Positions 7,792 through 15,412 of a stretch of 32,000 nucleotides of DNA are shown here, one piece after another. The notes beneath the pieces are model-generated. The model saw only the letters and a list, made by a program, of their open reading frames with translations, did no database searches and was not told the DNA's origin. The stretch comes from Candidatus Nitrospira inopinata (lineage in GTDB: Bacteria > Nitrospirota > Nitrospiria > Nitrospirales > Nitrospiraceae), in the NCBI RefSeq assembly GCF_001458695.1, contig NZ_LN885086.1:1080001-1112000 (forward strand), read 5' to 3'. The first letter of the stretch is position 1. Each line of letters starts with the position of its first letter. The position numbers were made by a program, and so were the translations under genes.

Positions 7792-8745
7792 TCATTTGTT
7801 TCGTTTCATCGCTTTCTGAATAAGATCGCGGGTCGCGAGATATTCTTGGTTGTCCGGGTCGATGGCCAAGGCCTTTTCAATGGCGGTCAACGCGTTCGCG
7901 TACTTTTCGGCTCCCATGAACACGAGCGTCTGGATAAAGGCGTCACGCGCCTCCTGTCTCATGCTGTCGGAGACCACTCGGGCCGATTTGGCGCATCGGA
8001 ATCCCAACCCCACCCCATAAGAATTATTCTCCGGCTGGTTCCAGAACCGGTGGCTGGTATGGAGCGAGGTTCCCGGCGCCAGCCATGATCCTCCGCGCAG
8101 AACCCGGACCGGTCCTTGATTGGCGAAGTTGTAGCCCTTCTCCGGCCCCTGGGGATTCAGGGCCACACTCTCCTTGTAATAGTTGGGGGTATACCAGTCC
8201 TGCACCCATTCGAAGACGTTCCCTGCCATATTGTAGATACCGAAGCCGCTCACACCCTCCGGATAGGAATCGACCGGGGTCGTGCGCCCGACGTTTTGAC
8301 CGTAGTTGGCCTTGCTCGGATCGAGCGTGTGTCCCCAGGGGTAATGGTTGTCTCCGGAAGGGCCCTTGGCCGCTCGTTCCCATTCCGCTTCTGTGGGCAG
8401 TCTCTTCCCCTCCCACTTGCAGAACGCGGCGGCGTCGGTCCAACTGACCCCCACGACGGGCTGCTCGGGCTTGTTCAGCCGCGGATCGTCCCAATAGGCG
8501 GGAGCGGGATGGCCCGTCGCCCTCATGAATTCTTTATAGCGCGCGTTGGACGTTTCGTACTTGTCGATGTAATAGGCGTCGAGCACGACTTGATGTTTGG
8601 GCTCGTCGGAATGTTCGTTGCTCCCCATCGTGAACTCGCCGTGGGGAATCAGCACCATGTCGGTTTCGGCGGCGGAAACGTCCGTCACCGCGGAGAGAGA
8701 AATGGCTCCTCCCACCATGAGCATCGCCAGCGTTTGACTCCGCAT
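7792..8745 (-). CDS. Secreted FGE-sulfatase-domain protein (paralogue of 6480..7322) with a C-terminal TPR-like helical tail; no catalytic Cys pair
   Basis: Signal peptide MRSQTLAMLMVGGAISLSAVTDVSA|AE, then MVLIPHGEFTMGS...GVSWTDAAAFCKWEGKRLPTEAEWERAAKG...YPWG...NMAGNVFEWVQDWY...RGGSW...GFRCAKS. AAGGAGG lies before the ATG at 8745. Confidence 0.88.
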   Translation of the reverse strand: MRSQTLAMLMVGGAISLSAVTDVSAAETDMVLIPHGEFTMGSNEHSDEPKHQVVLDAYYIDKYETSNARYKEFMRATGHPAPAYWDDPRLNKPEQPVVGVSWTDAAAFCKWEGKRLPTEAEWERAAKGPSGDNHYPWGHTLDPSKANYGQNVGRTTPVDSYPEGVSGFGIYNMAGNVFEWVQDWYTPNYYKESVALNPQGPEKGYNFANQGPVRVLRGGSWLAPGTSLHTSHRFWNQPENNSYGVGLGFRCAKSARVVSDSMRQEARDAFIQTLVFMGAEKYANALTAIEKALAIDPDNQEYLATRDLIQKAMKRNK

Positions 8746-8773
8746 GATAGTCCTCCTTGGTCGTTCATGTGTC

Positions 8774-9064
8774 CTAGGCGGCCGCCCACAGTTCCGAAGA
8801 AAAGGTCGAGGGCCCGTCTGGCTCGGCGGATTGTCGGCTCTGTCCGAGTCGGCGATTCCGCAGGATCACGGGATCGACGATGTCACCGCACTGGATGCAG
8901 CGCAGGGCGGCAAACTCCAGCTCGCGGTCGCTGTTCAAGAGATCCATGCAGACGTGGCTGACCAAGAGTCCCCCGCATCGGGCGCAGGTCTGGTGGGAAG
9001 CATTGGCGGGATGGCCTTCTGTGATTCCCCGTTCACTCATATGCTCTGAGAGTATTGAAGCCAT
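8774..9064 (-). CDS. Small cytoplasmic Zn-ribbon protein (96 aa), hypothetical
   Basis: The ATG at 9064 is preceded by AAGGAG. There are two CxxC pairs (CARCGG ... CIQCGD) about 25 residues apart. It has no signal peptide. It is the first gene of the operon that diverges from the CarH-like regulator. Confidence 0.6.
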   Translation of the reverse strand: MASILSEHMSERGITEGHPANASHQTCARCGGLLVSHVCMDLLNSDRELEFAALRCIQCGDIVDPVILRNRRLGQSRQSAEPDGPSTFSSELWAAA

Positions 9065-9106
9065 AGGCGACTCCTTTTGTTTAATGTTCGTCAATGATAT
9101 GTTCAA

Positions 9107-9135
9107 TGTATATCTAATTTGTCTATAGTTGTCAA
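9107..9135 (-). promoter_or_regulatory. Putative sigma70-type promoter for the Zn-ribbon/FGE-like operon
   Basis: On the minus strand: TTGACA (plus 9130-9135), a 17-bp spacer, then TATACA (plus 9107-9112). The -35 element lies inside the 11-bp palindrome AGTTGTCAACT (9127-9137). Confidence 0.4.
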
Positions 9136-9154
9136 CTGTTATTTTTGAGAACGA

Positions 9155-9183
9155 TTGACAAAGACTGAACATCACGATAAGCT
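9155..9183 (+). promoter_or_regulatory. Putative sigma70-type promoter for the CarH/LitR-like gene, predicting a leaderless or near-leaderless mRNA
   Basis: TTGACA (9155-9160), a 17-bp spacer, then TAAGCT (9178-9183). Only 6 nt separate the -10 element from the ATG at 9190, and there is no Shine-Dalgarno sequence. Confidence 0.4.
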
Positions 9184-9189
9184 GAAACT

Positions 9190-10110
9190 ATGAAAAATCA
9201 TAGAATTCATAGAGTTGCAAAATTGACCGGTTTGTCGAGAGACGTGATACGGGTTTGGGAAAAAAGATATGGCCTGGTCAAGCCTCTGCGCAGTGCAAAT
9301 CGCTATCGTGAGTACACAGACGAAGATGTGGCGTTACTCAGGTTTTTGAAAGAGGAAGTGGACCGCGGTCAGACCATCGGATCTCTTGCCATTGAAGGGC
9401 GGGATTCATTGCTTCAGCGCATGCGACTGTGCGCGGCTCCAAAATTACAGGAACTGACGCCGCACAAGTCGTTGTTGGACGAACTGGTCGCATGTCTTGA
9501 TCCGCTCGATAAAGCGCGGTTTGAACATAAGCTCAATGGAGCGGTGGCGGTGATTCCTTTCGAAGAAGCGATTCAACGGATTCTGCTTCCATTGGAACGG
9601 TTGGTCGGTGAGCTGTGGCACCAAGGAAGAATCGACATCGCCGTTGAGCATTACGTCACGAAGCTCATTCAGCAGAAGCTGTTCGCCGTCATGAATCAGT
9701 TGCCGGCCAACGAGCATGGTCCGCGGCTTTTGATCGCCTGCCCCGAGGGCGAGCTGCATGAAATCGGCGCTCAAGCCGTGGCGTATCTGGCTGCGACGCG
9801 CGGCTGCCATGTGTATTACTTGGGCCCCAATCTTCCGACGTCCGCTCTTGCTTCCTTCTGCGACCGAATCAAACCGGATTTGGTGCTTCTGTCCCTGACG
9901 GAAGTGAAATCGGCTGAAGAAGGAACCGGTCTCTTGCACGAACTTGACGCGCTCGCGGAACGGTGGCCCGTCGCCATCGGCGGGCAGGGAGCGCGTTCTC
10001 TGGAAGAGGCTCTGCGCCAAACCAAGGTTGAGTGCCTTGATGATCTGGCGCAATTCCAAGATCGGCTCACGGCCCTGCTGTCCGTTCACTCTCCTTTTTC
10101 CCGTTCATAG
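9190..10110 (+). CDS. CarH/LitR-type MerR-family transcriptional regulator with adenosylcobalamin-binding photoreceptor domain
   Basis: N-terminal MerR HTH (IHRVAKLTGLSRDVIRVWEKRYGLVKP...YREYTDEDV). Wx9EH motif (W143...E153-H154). B12-binding motif E188-L-H-E-I-G, then 41 residues, SLT, 26 residues, GG. Confidence 0.85.
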   Translation: MKNHRIHRVAKLTGLSRDVIRVWEKRYGLVKPLRSANRYREYTDEDVALLRFLKEEVDRGQTIGSLAIEGRDSLLQRMRLCAAPKLQELTPHKSLLDELVACLDPLDKARFEHKLNGAVAVIPFEEAIQRILLPLERLVGELWHQGRIDIAVEHYVTKLIQQKLFAVMNQLPANEHGPRLLIACPEGELHEIGAQAVAYLAATRGCHVYYLGPNLPTSALASFCDRIKPDLVLLSLTEVKSAEEGTGLLHELDALAERWPVAIGGQGARSLEEALRQTKVECLDDLAQFQDRLTALLSVHSPFSRS

Positions 10111-10124
10111 CGACGACCATCGTT

Positions 10125-10703
10125 TCATTCTCCCACAGGCGGACCGGTCGCGATGGGGCCTCGCACGCACCAGACCGGGAATGTGTAAAGCCTGGTCATG
10201 CTCAGGACGTTTCCCAGAAAGGCGTCCAGGTATCGAGCATACGACGGCTGATTGGCCTCGGGCACCACGGTCCAGTACGAGGTCTGGACGATGTTGAGAA
10301 AGGGATGGCCGGGAGGAATGTTGGGGCCGGGAGCATCGATCGCCGGTCCGACAAGGCTCCGCATTTCGGCGGGAGAGGGTAAACGCCATCCTTTTTGTCC
10401 GCCGATCACTCGACGAACGCAAGCGGCTCGGGCTTCGTTCCACGTGACGCGCGCGCTGTCCGGCGCAAGCTCCCAGATAAGGCCCGTTTCTTTGTCCAGC
10501 ACGGCCTCGTTCTGAAAAGCGGGCAGAACCTCAAAGCGATGCTCCGCCGGGTGCGCCGCCTGCCAGTTCCGGACGATTTCCGCCATCAATTCCTCTTTTC
10601 CCACGGGCGGGCTGGCGGGCGAACTCAACAGCAGATAAGCAAGGAGAGACAGACTTCCAGCCGCGACAACGAAAGCGCCGGGGATAATCCATTTGAGATT
10701 CAT
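10125..10703 (-). CDS. Membrane-anchored DUF1566 (Lcl C-terminal domain) protein
   Basis: The ATG at 10703 gives MNLKWIIPGAFVVAAGSLSLLAYLLL, a TM anchor. The DUF1566 signature is TGLIWE...VTWNEARAAC.....GWRLPSPAEMRSL. Confidence 0.75.
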   Translation of the reverse strand: MNLKWIIPGAFVVAAGSLSLLAYLLLSSPASPPVGKEELMAEIVRNWQAAHPAEHRFEVLPAFQNEAVLDKETGLIWELAPDSARVTWNEARAACVRRVIGGQKGWRLPSPAEMRSLVGPAIDAPGPNIPPGHPFLNIVQTSYWTVVPEANQPSYARYLDAFLGNVLSMTRLYTFPVWCVRGPIATGPPVGE

Positions 10704-11129
10704 TGCCGTGCAGCGGCGGGACGAGATGAAGACCAACGCCCAAGGCGTCGTGCCTGAGACAAGCGTTAACCGTTGCGGTTGTCTCCGGCACTCCGCCTGC
10801 TCCGAGTCCAGGATATTCTTCTCTCAGCTCCTGGGTCAAGGAGAGGCCCGGCGGAGCTCGTGGCCGGCCTGTGTGCTGACAGGGAGTCGCAGCATCGGAC
10901 CGCCGTGAGGAAATCTCATTCCAATAAGATCGGTCGCACGAGACCAGCTCGCTCGAAAACGAGGGCGCATGATGCTGACGGGACGGGCGGGGGTAAATAA
11001 CGCCCGCTTGTCATGACTCCCGAAGGATATCTCGACAGGGGCGCCTCTCTCTTGATACCCTGTGCTCCTATGGCTCGGAACTCACGAAAGCCGTCCGGCT
11101 TCCGGTCGGCCGATCGACAGTCGACAAGG

Positions 11130-12755
11130 ATGACGACATCCTCCGACGATCGGGTCTCTTCGTTGGAGATCTACGACACCACTCTGCGCGACGGGGCCCA
11201 GGCGGAGGACGTCAGCTTCTCGGTGGACGACAAAGTGCGGATCGCCCAGAAACTCGACGAACTCGGCGTGCATTTCATTGAAGGAGGTTGGCCGGGAGCC
11301 AATCCAAAAGACATCGAATTTTTCAGGATCATCAAAACGATCCCACTGACGTATGCGACCGTCGTCGCGTTCGGTTCCACGAGGAAGGCCAGCAATCCCG
11401 TTCACAAGGATCGGAATCTGCAAGCCCTGCTGGCGGCGGACACGAAGACGATCACGCTGTTCGGAAAAACCTGGCCGTTGCACGTGACCGACGCGCTCGG
11501 CATTTCGCTGGCGAAAAATCTCGAGTTGGTCGAAGACTCCATCGCCTATCTGCGGGAGAAGGGCCGGCGGGTGTTTTACGACGCGGAGCACTTCTTCGAC
11601 GGCTACAAGGAAAACCCGGAGTATGCCCTCAAGACCATTCAAAAAGCGGTGAAAGCCGGCGCGGATCGGGTGATCCTCTGCGACACCAACGGCGGGACCA
11701 TGCCGTGGGAAATCCGCCGGATTTGCGAGGCCGTCCGGCGCGAATGCCGGGTGCCGCTGGGGATTCATGCGCACAATGATTGCGACATGGCCGTCGCCAA
11801 TTCGCTGGTGGCCGTCGAAACCGGCATCGTGCAAGTCCAGGGGACGATCAACGGCATCGGCGAACGATGCGGGAACGCGAATCTCTGCTCGATCATTCCC
11901 AATCTGGAATTGAAGATGAAGCGGCGCGCGCTTCCGGATCGTCTGGAACGCCTCAAAGACGTATCCGGGTTCGTGACGGAAATCGCCAACCTGATGCCCG
12001 ACAAGCATCAACCCTACGTCGGCGACGCGGCGTTCGCCCATAAAGGAGGGGTTCACATCCACGCCGTGCTCAAAAACCCCGCGACGTACGAACACATCGA
12101 TCCGACGACAGTCGGCAACCGGCAACGGGTTCTGGTGTCCGATAACGCGGGGCGCAGCGGTCTCTTGGAAAAGGTCGAAACCTACGGGATCAAGCTTTCC
12201 AAAGATCACGCCAAGGTTCAGGAACTGGTCAATACCCTGAAGGAGCGTGAAAGCCAGGGCTATCAATTTGAAGGGGCGGAAGGGTCCTTCGAGCTGCTGA
12301 TGCGCAAAACGGTGGGGAGCCATAAACCGTCTTTCCAGCTCTTGGGTTTTCGGGTGATCGTCGAAAAGAAACAGGAGGACGGTCCCCCTCTGTCGGAAGC
12401 GACCGTCATGGTCAAAGTCGGCGACGTGGTTGAGCACACGGCGGCCGTGGGGGCCGGTCCGGTGAATGCGTTGGACCACGCCCTGCGCAAGTCTCTTGAG
12501 AAATTCTATCCGCAACTCAAAGAGGTGAAACTCCTCGATTACAAGGTGCGTGTCCTGGCCGCGAACCAAGGGACTCAGTCCAAAGTCCGGGTCTTGATCG
12601 AATCGGGGGACCACAAAGACAAGTGGGGGACGGTCGGCGTCTCCGAAAATATCATTGAGGCGAGTTGGCAGGCATTGGCCGACAGCATCGAATATAAATT
12701 GCTGTCCGCCGACGAGCGGAGCGAGGCGGGCACCCCTTCGCATTATTTGTCTTGA
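11130..12755 (+). CDS. cimA: (R)-citramalate synthase (LeuA/CimA family, TIGR00977 type)
   Basis: [62 protein letters not shown], and a C-terminal LeuA-dimer-like regulatory domain. The start is uncertain: ATG 11130 gives the usual short N-terminus, and 11070 and 11013 are also in frame. Confidence 0.88.
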   Translation: MTTSSDDRVSSLEIYDTTLRDGAQAEDVSFSVDDKVRIAQKLDELGVHFIEGGWPGANPKDIEFFRIIKTIPLTYATVVAFGSTRKASNPVHKDRNLQALLAADTKTITLFGKTWPLHVTDALGISLAKNLELVEDSIAYLREKGRRVFYDAEHFFDGYKENPEYALKTIQKAVKAGADRVILCDTNGGTMPWEIRRICEAVRRECRVPLGIHAHNDCDMAVANSLVAVETGIVQVQGTINGIGERCGNANLCSIIPNLELKMKRRALPDRLERLKDVSGFVTEIANLMPDKHQPYVGDAAFAHKGGVHIHAVLKNPATYEHIDPTTVGNRQRVLVSDNAGRSGLLEKVETYGIKLSKDHAKVQELVNTLKERESQGYQFEGAEGSFELLMRKTVGSHKPSFQLLGFRVIVEKKQEDGPPLSEATVMVKVGDVVEHTAAVGAGPVNALDHALRKSLEKFYPQLKEVKLLDYKVRVLAANQGTQSKVRVLIESGDHKDKWGTVGVSENIIEASWQALADSIEYKLLSADERSEAGTPSHYLS

Positions 12756-12871
12756 CAGCCATCCTAACCTTCCGTAAATTCTGATGAAACTCCACGTTCA
12801 TCCTGGTTGGCAATCAGGGTGACTCATGAGACCACGAGCGGGGCTGAGGAGCGGGCGGCTGGAGGGTCGTT

Positions 12872-13147
12872 ATGAGAAAGGCGGACATTGCGAACGAAAT
12901 CTTCAAGCAGGTTGGAATCCCGAAGAACGAAGCGGCCGACATCGTCGAGCACGTGTTGAATCTTCTGAAGTCCGTGCTGCAAAAGGGAGAGTCAGTGAAG
13001 ATTGCAGGGTTCGGAAATTTCGTCGTGCGAAACAAGGGCCCTCGCAAGGGTCGAAACCCTCGCACCGGAGAAGAAATCGGTATCACTCCGCGCCGAGTCG
13101 TGACCTTCAGACCGAGCCAAGTGTTTAAGAAGTACGTGAACTCGTAG
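12872..13147 (+). CDS. ihfA: Integration host factor subunit alpha (HU/IHF family)
   Basis: GFGNFVVRNKGPRKGRNPRTGEEIGITPRRVVTFRPSQ is the IHF-alpha arm signature. GGAGGG lies 5 nt before the ATG. Confidence 0.9.
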   Translation: MRKADIANEIFKQVGIPKNEAADIVEHVLNLLKSVLQKGESVKIAGFGNFVVRNKGPRKGRNPRTGEEIGITPRRVVTFRPSQVFKKYVNS

Positions 13148-13334
13148 CAGGGCGCCGGAACGTCGCCGCCCGGTTCGTTTGTCTATCCCTCAGTGATGAC
13201 CGAAACGCCGCGTAAACGCGCAGTGCGCGCAGAAGGCCCGGCTCGTCGGTGGGAGTTTCAGTTACCTGGCGGTGCTCCAAGGCGGCTCGACAAGGTCGAA
13301 TCGCACTCCGTAAGAGGAGAACAGAGGGCCGGTC

Positions 13335-13685
13335 ATGGGAGGAGAACCCAGGCTGGGGAGCAAAATCTTCTATAAAATCGGAGAGGTCAGTCGACTGACG
13401 AAAGTCCCCGCTTACGTGCTTCGCTTCTGGGAATCGCAGTTCGCTTTCATCAAGCCCAAAAAAAGCAGCGGCAATCAGCGGTTGTACGTTCAACGGGACA
13501 TCGAGACGATTCTGGAAATCAAGCGCATGCTCTATGAGGAAGGACATACCTTGGAGGGCGTGAAGCGGTACTGGATCCGTCGCGCGCGGGCTTCCTCGAG
13601 GCCGTTGCCTCCCCGAGAAGTCGCCAAGAAACTCAGGGGCGACCTTCAAGCGATCGTGGAAATGATCGATTCGCATTCTCGGTGA
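13335..13685 (+). CDS. MerR-family transcriptional regulator (short, HTH only)
   Basis: [46 protein letters not shown] is a MerR wHTH. The position after ihfA and before tRNA-Pro is an arrangement I recall as conserved. Confidence 0.85.
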   Translation: MGGEPRLGSKIFYKIGEVSRLTKVPAYVLRFWESQFAFIKPKKSSGNQRLYVQRDIETILEIKRMLYEEGHTLEGVKRYWIRRARASSRPLPPREVAKKLRGDLQAIVEMIDSHSR

Positions 13686-13769
13686 GAGCGCGATGAGAGA
13701 GCTGAGCGTGCCCATTGTGTTTCCAAGAGCGTGTACAGGACAATGCCGGCATTGAAATGAACATCCAGT

Positions 13770-13846
13770 CGGGGCGTGGCGCAGCCCGGTAGCGCACTCG
13801 CTTGGGGTGCGAGTGGTCGTGGGTTCAAATCCCGCCGCCCCGACCA
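13770..13846 (+). tRNA. tRNA-Pro (anticodon GGG)
   Basis: Hand-folded cloverleaf: acceptor CGGGGCG/CGCCCCG, D-stem GCGC/GCGC, anticodon stem CTCGC/GCGAG with loop TTGGGGT, T-arm GTGGG-TTCAAAT-CCCGC, discriminator A, encoded CCA. Length 77 nt. Confidence 0.9.
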
Positions 13847-13923
13847 ACGATGTGAGATGCCGAGCGTCGATCGAGGTCTAAAGGAGCGGCGCTCGGAAGT
13901 TCATCTGTTCCCGTCAACGCACG

Positions 13924-13949
13924 AGTCGCCGTCTGGCGGCTTTTTTATT
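13924..13949 (+). terminator. Candidate intrinsic terminator downstream of tRNA-Pro
   Basis: Stem AGTCGCC / GGCGGCT (one G-T wobble), loop GTCT, followed by TTTTTTATT. The surE ATG is only about 12 nt further on, so read-through or attenuation would be needed for surE expression. Confidence 0.45.
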
Positions 13950-13960
13950 GTATCGGAGCC

Positions 13961-14770
13961 ATGCGCATCCTTGTGACCAATGACGACGGCATTCAATCGG
14001 CCGGTCTCATGGCGCTGGCCGACGCCATGGCGAAGCTCGGCGAGGTATGGATCGTCGCTCCGGATCGCGAACGGACGGCCGCGGCCCACGCGGTGACTCT
14101 TCACAAACCCCTGCGGGTTCATCCTCTCGGAAAACGAACCTATTCCGTCAGCGGCACGCCGGTCGATTGCGTCAACTTGGCGGTTTTGAAAATCATGCCG
14201 GAACCGCCCCAACTGGTCGTCTCCGGAATCAACCGAGGGGTGAATTTGGGCGATGACGTGCTCTACTCGGGAACCGTGTCCGCCGCCGTGGAGGGAACGA
14301 TCCTGGGGGTGGCGTCGATGGCCGTGTCGCAAGAAGGAGGGGATCGGTTTCGTTTTGAGGTCGGGGCATATTTTTCAGCCCGCGTCGCGCGGATGATTCT
14401 TGAGAAGGGGGTGCCGGAAGAGACGCTCGTCAACCTGAACATTCCGGATCGTCCGCTTCGGTCCATCGCGGGCGTTCGCGTCACGGCTCTCAGTCGCAGG
14501 CGATTCGATAATCCGATCATCGAGAAAGTCGATCCCCATGGTCGTACTTATTATTGGATCGCCGGGACCCGCCTTTCCTGGAGTCGCAGTAAAGATTCGG
14601 ATCATGAGGCGATCGCCGAGGGGGCCGTCTCCTTGACCCCCCTCCGGCTCGATACGACGAATTATGATGCGCTGGACCGGTTCCGAGCGTGGGAGTCCGA
14701 GCTGCGGGCCGGGAGCAGTCGATCCCGAGGTTCCGCGTCCGGGCGGTTGAAGGGGCGGCGCCGATCATGA
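13961..14770 (+). CDS. surE: 5'/3'-nucleotidase SurE
   Basis: MRILVTNDDGIQSAGL...APDRERTAAAHAVTLH...GTPVDCV...SGINRGVNLGDDVLYSGTVSAAVEG. Confidence 0.92.
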   Translation: MRILVTNDDGIQSAGLMALADAMAKLGEVWIVAPDRERTAAAHAVTLHKPLRVHPLGKRTYSVSGTPVDCVNLAVLKIMPEPPQLVVSGINRGVNLGDDVLYSGTVSAAVEGTILGVASMAVSQEGGDRFRFEVGAYFSARVARMILEKGVPEETLVNLNIPDRPLRSIAGVRVTALSRRRFDNPIIEKVDPHGRTYYWIAGTRLSWSRSKDSDHEAIAEGAVSLTPLRLDTTNYDALDRFRAWESELRAGSSRSRGSASGRLKGRRRS

Positions 14771-15408
14771 TCGGACGGGCCATCGAATGGATTCTTGCCG
14801 AACTCAGCAAGTTCGTCATCGAGACGATTTCGCTGTTCGGCTACACCGGGATCGTGATCACGATGGCCATCGAAAGCGCCTGTATCCCCCTGCCGAGCGA
14901 AATCATCATGCCCTTCTCCGGCTATCTTGTGGGGACCGGCCAATTCACGATGCTGGGGGTGACGCTCGCCGGATCCGTCGGCAACGTCATCGGGTCGATC
15001 GTCGCCTACTGGGCCGGCGTGTGGGGCGGCCGGCCGTTTGTCGAGCGGTATGGACGCTACGTGCTGATCTCCCGCCATGATCTGGACGTGGCCGATCGAT
15101 GGTTCGCCAAATACGGAGAAGCCGCGGTGCTGTTCAGCCGGATGTTGCCCGTCGTGCGGACTTTTATCTCGTTGCCGGCGGGCATCGCCCGGATGAATTT
15201 CCCTCGGTTCGTCCTCTTCACGTTCGTGGGCGCCCTTCCGTGGTGCTACCTGCTTGCCTATATCGGCGTCCGTATGGGCGAGGAGTGGGACGGTCTTCGG
15301 CAGTATTTCCATCAATTCGACGTGATCATCGGATTGTTCCTGGCGCTGGCCCTGGGCTATTTCCTGTGGTCGCACTGGCCGAGGCGTCGCGTTGAATCCG
15401 GACGGTAA
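14767..15408 (+). CDS. DedA-family inner membrane protein
   Basis: GYTGIVITMAIESACIPLPSEIIMPFSGYLV...SRMLPVVRTFISLPAGIARM is the DedA signature. The ATG overlaps the surE stop (ATGA). Confidence 0.88.
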   Translation: MIGRAIEWILAELSKFVIETISLFGYTGIVITMAIESACIPLPSEIIMPFSGYLVGTGQFTMLGVTLAGSVGNVIGSIVAYWAGVWGGRPFVERYGRYVLISRHDLDVADRWFAKYGEAAVLFSRMLPVVRTFISLPAGIARMNFPRFVLFTFVGALPWCYLLAYIGVRMGEEWDGLRQYFHQFDVIIGLFLALALGYFLWSHWPRRRVESGR

Positions 15409-15412
15409 GCCC

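Noticed and set aside
10704-11129. Long (about 425 bp) untranslated region upstream of cimA, including ORF 10773..11000, as a possible leader peptide, T-box or riboswitch
   Set aside because: I found no Ile/Leu/Val-rich leader peptide, no T-box specifier or antiterminator pattern, and no terminator with a U-tract. The 75-aa ORF is Arg-rich with no RBS. Function remains undetermined, not supported.
11082-12743. 553-aa ORF antisense to cimA
   Set aside because: It lies fully inside, and opposite to, a gene with unambiguous citramalate-synthase motifs. The translation is Arg/Pro/Gly-rich with no recognisable motif. Long stop-free antisense frames are expected in GC-rich DNA.
13770-13846. tRNA-Pro as the attachment site of a genomic island carrying the pilus locus
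   Set aside because: There is no integrase and I found no repeat of the tRNA 3' end downstream. The next four genes (surE, dedA, cysS, rlmB) are core housekeeping genes.
13125-13847. 240-aa minus-strand ORF starting [11 protein letters not shown]
   Set aside because: The N-terminus is the reverse-complement translation of the tRNA-Pro gene, a classic artefact. The rest is antisense to the MerR-like gene.
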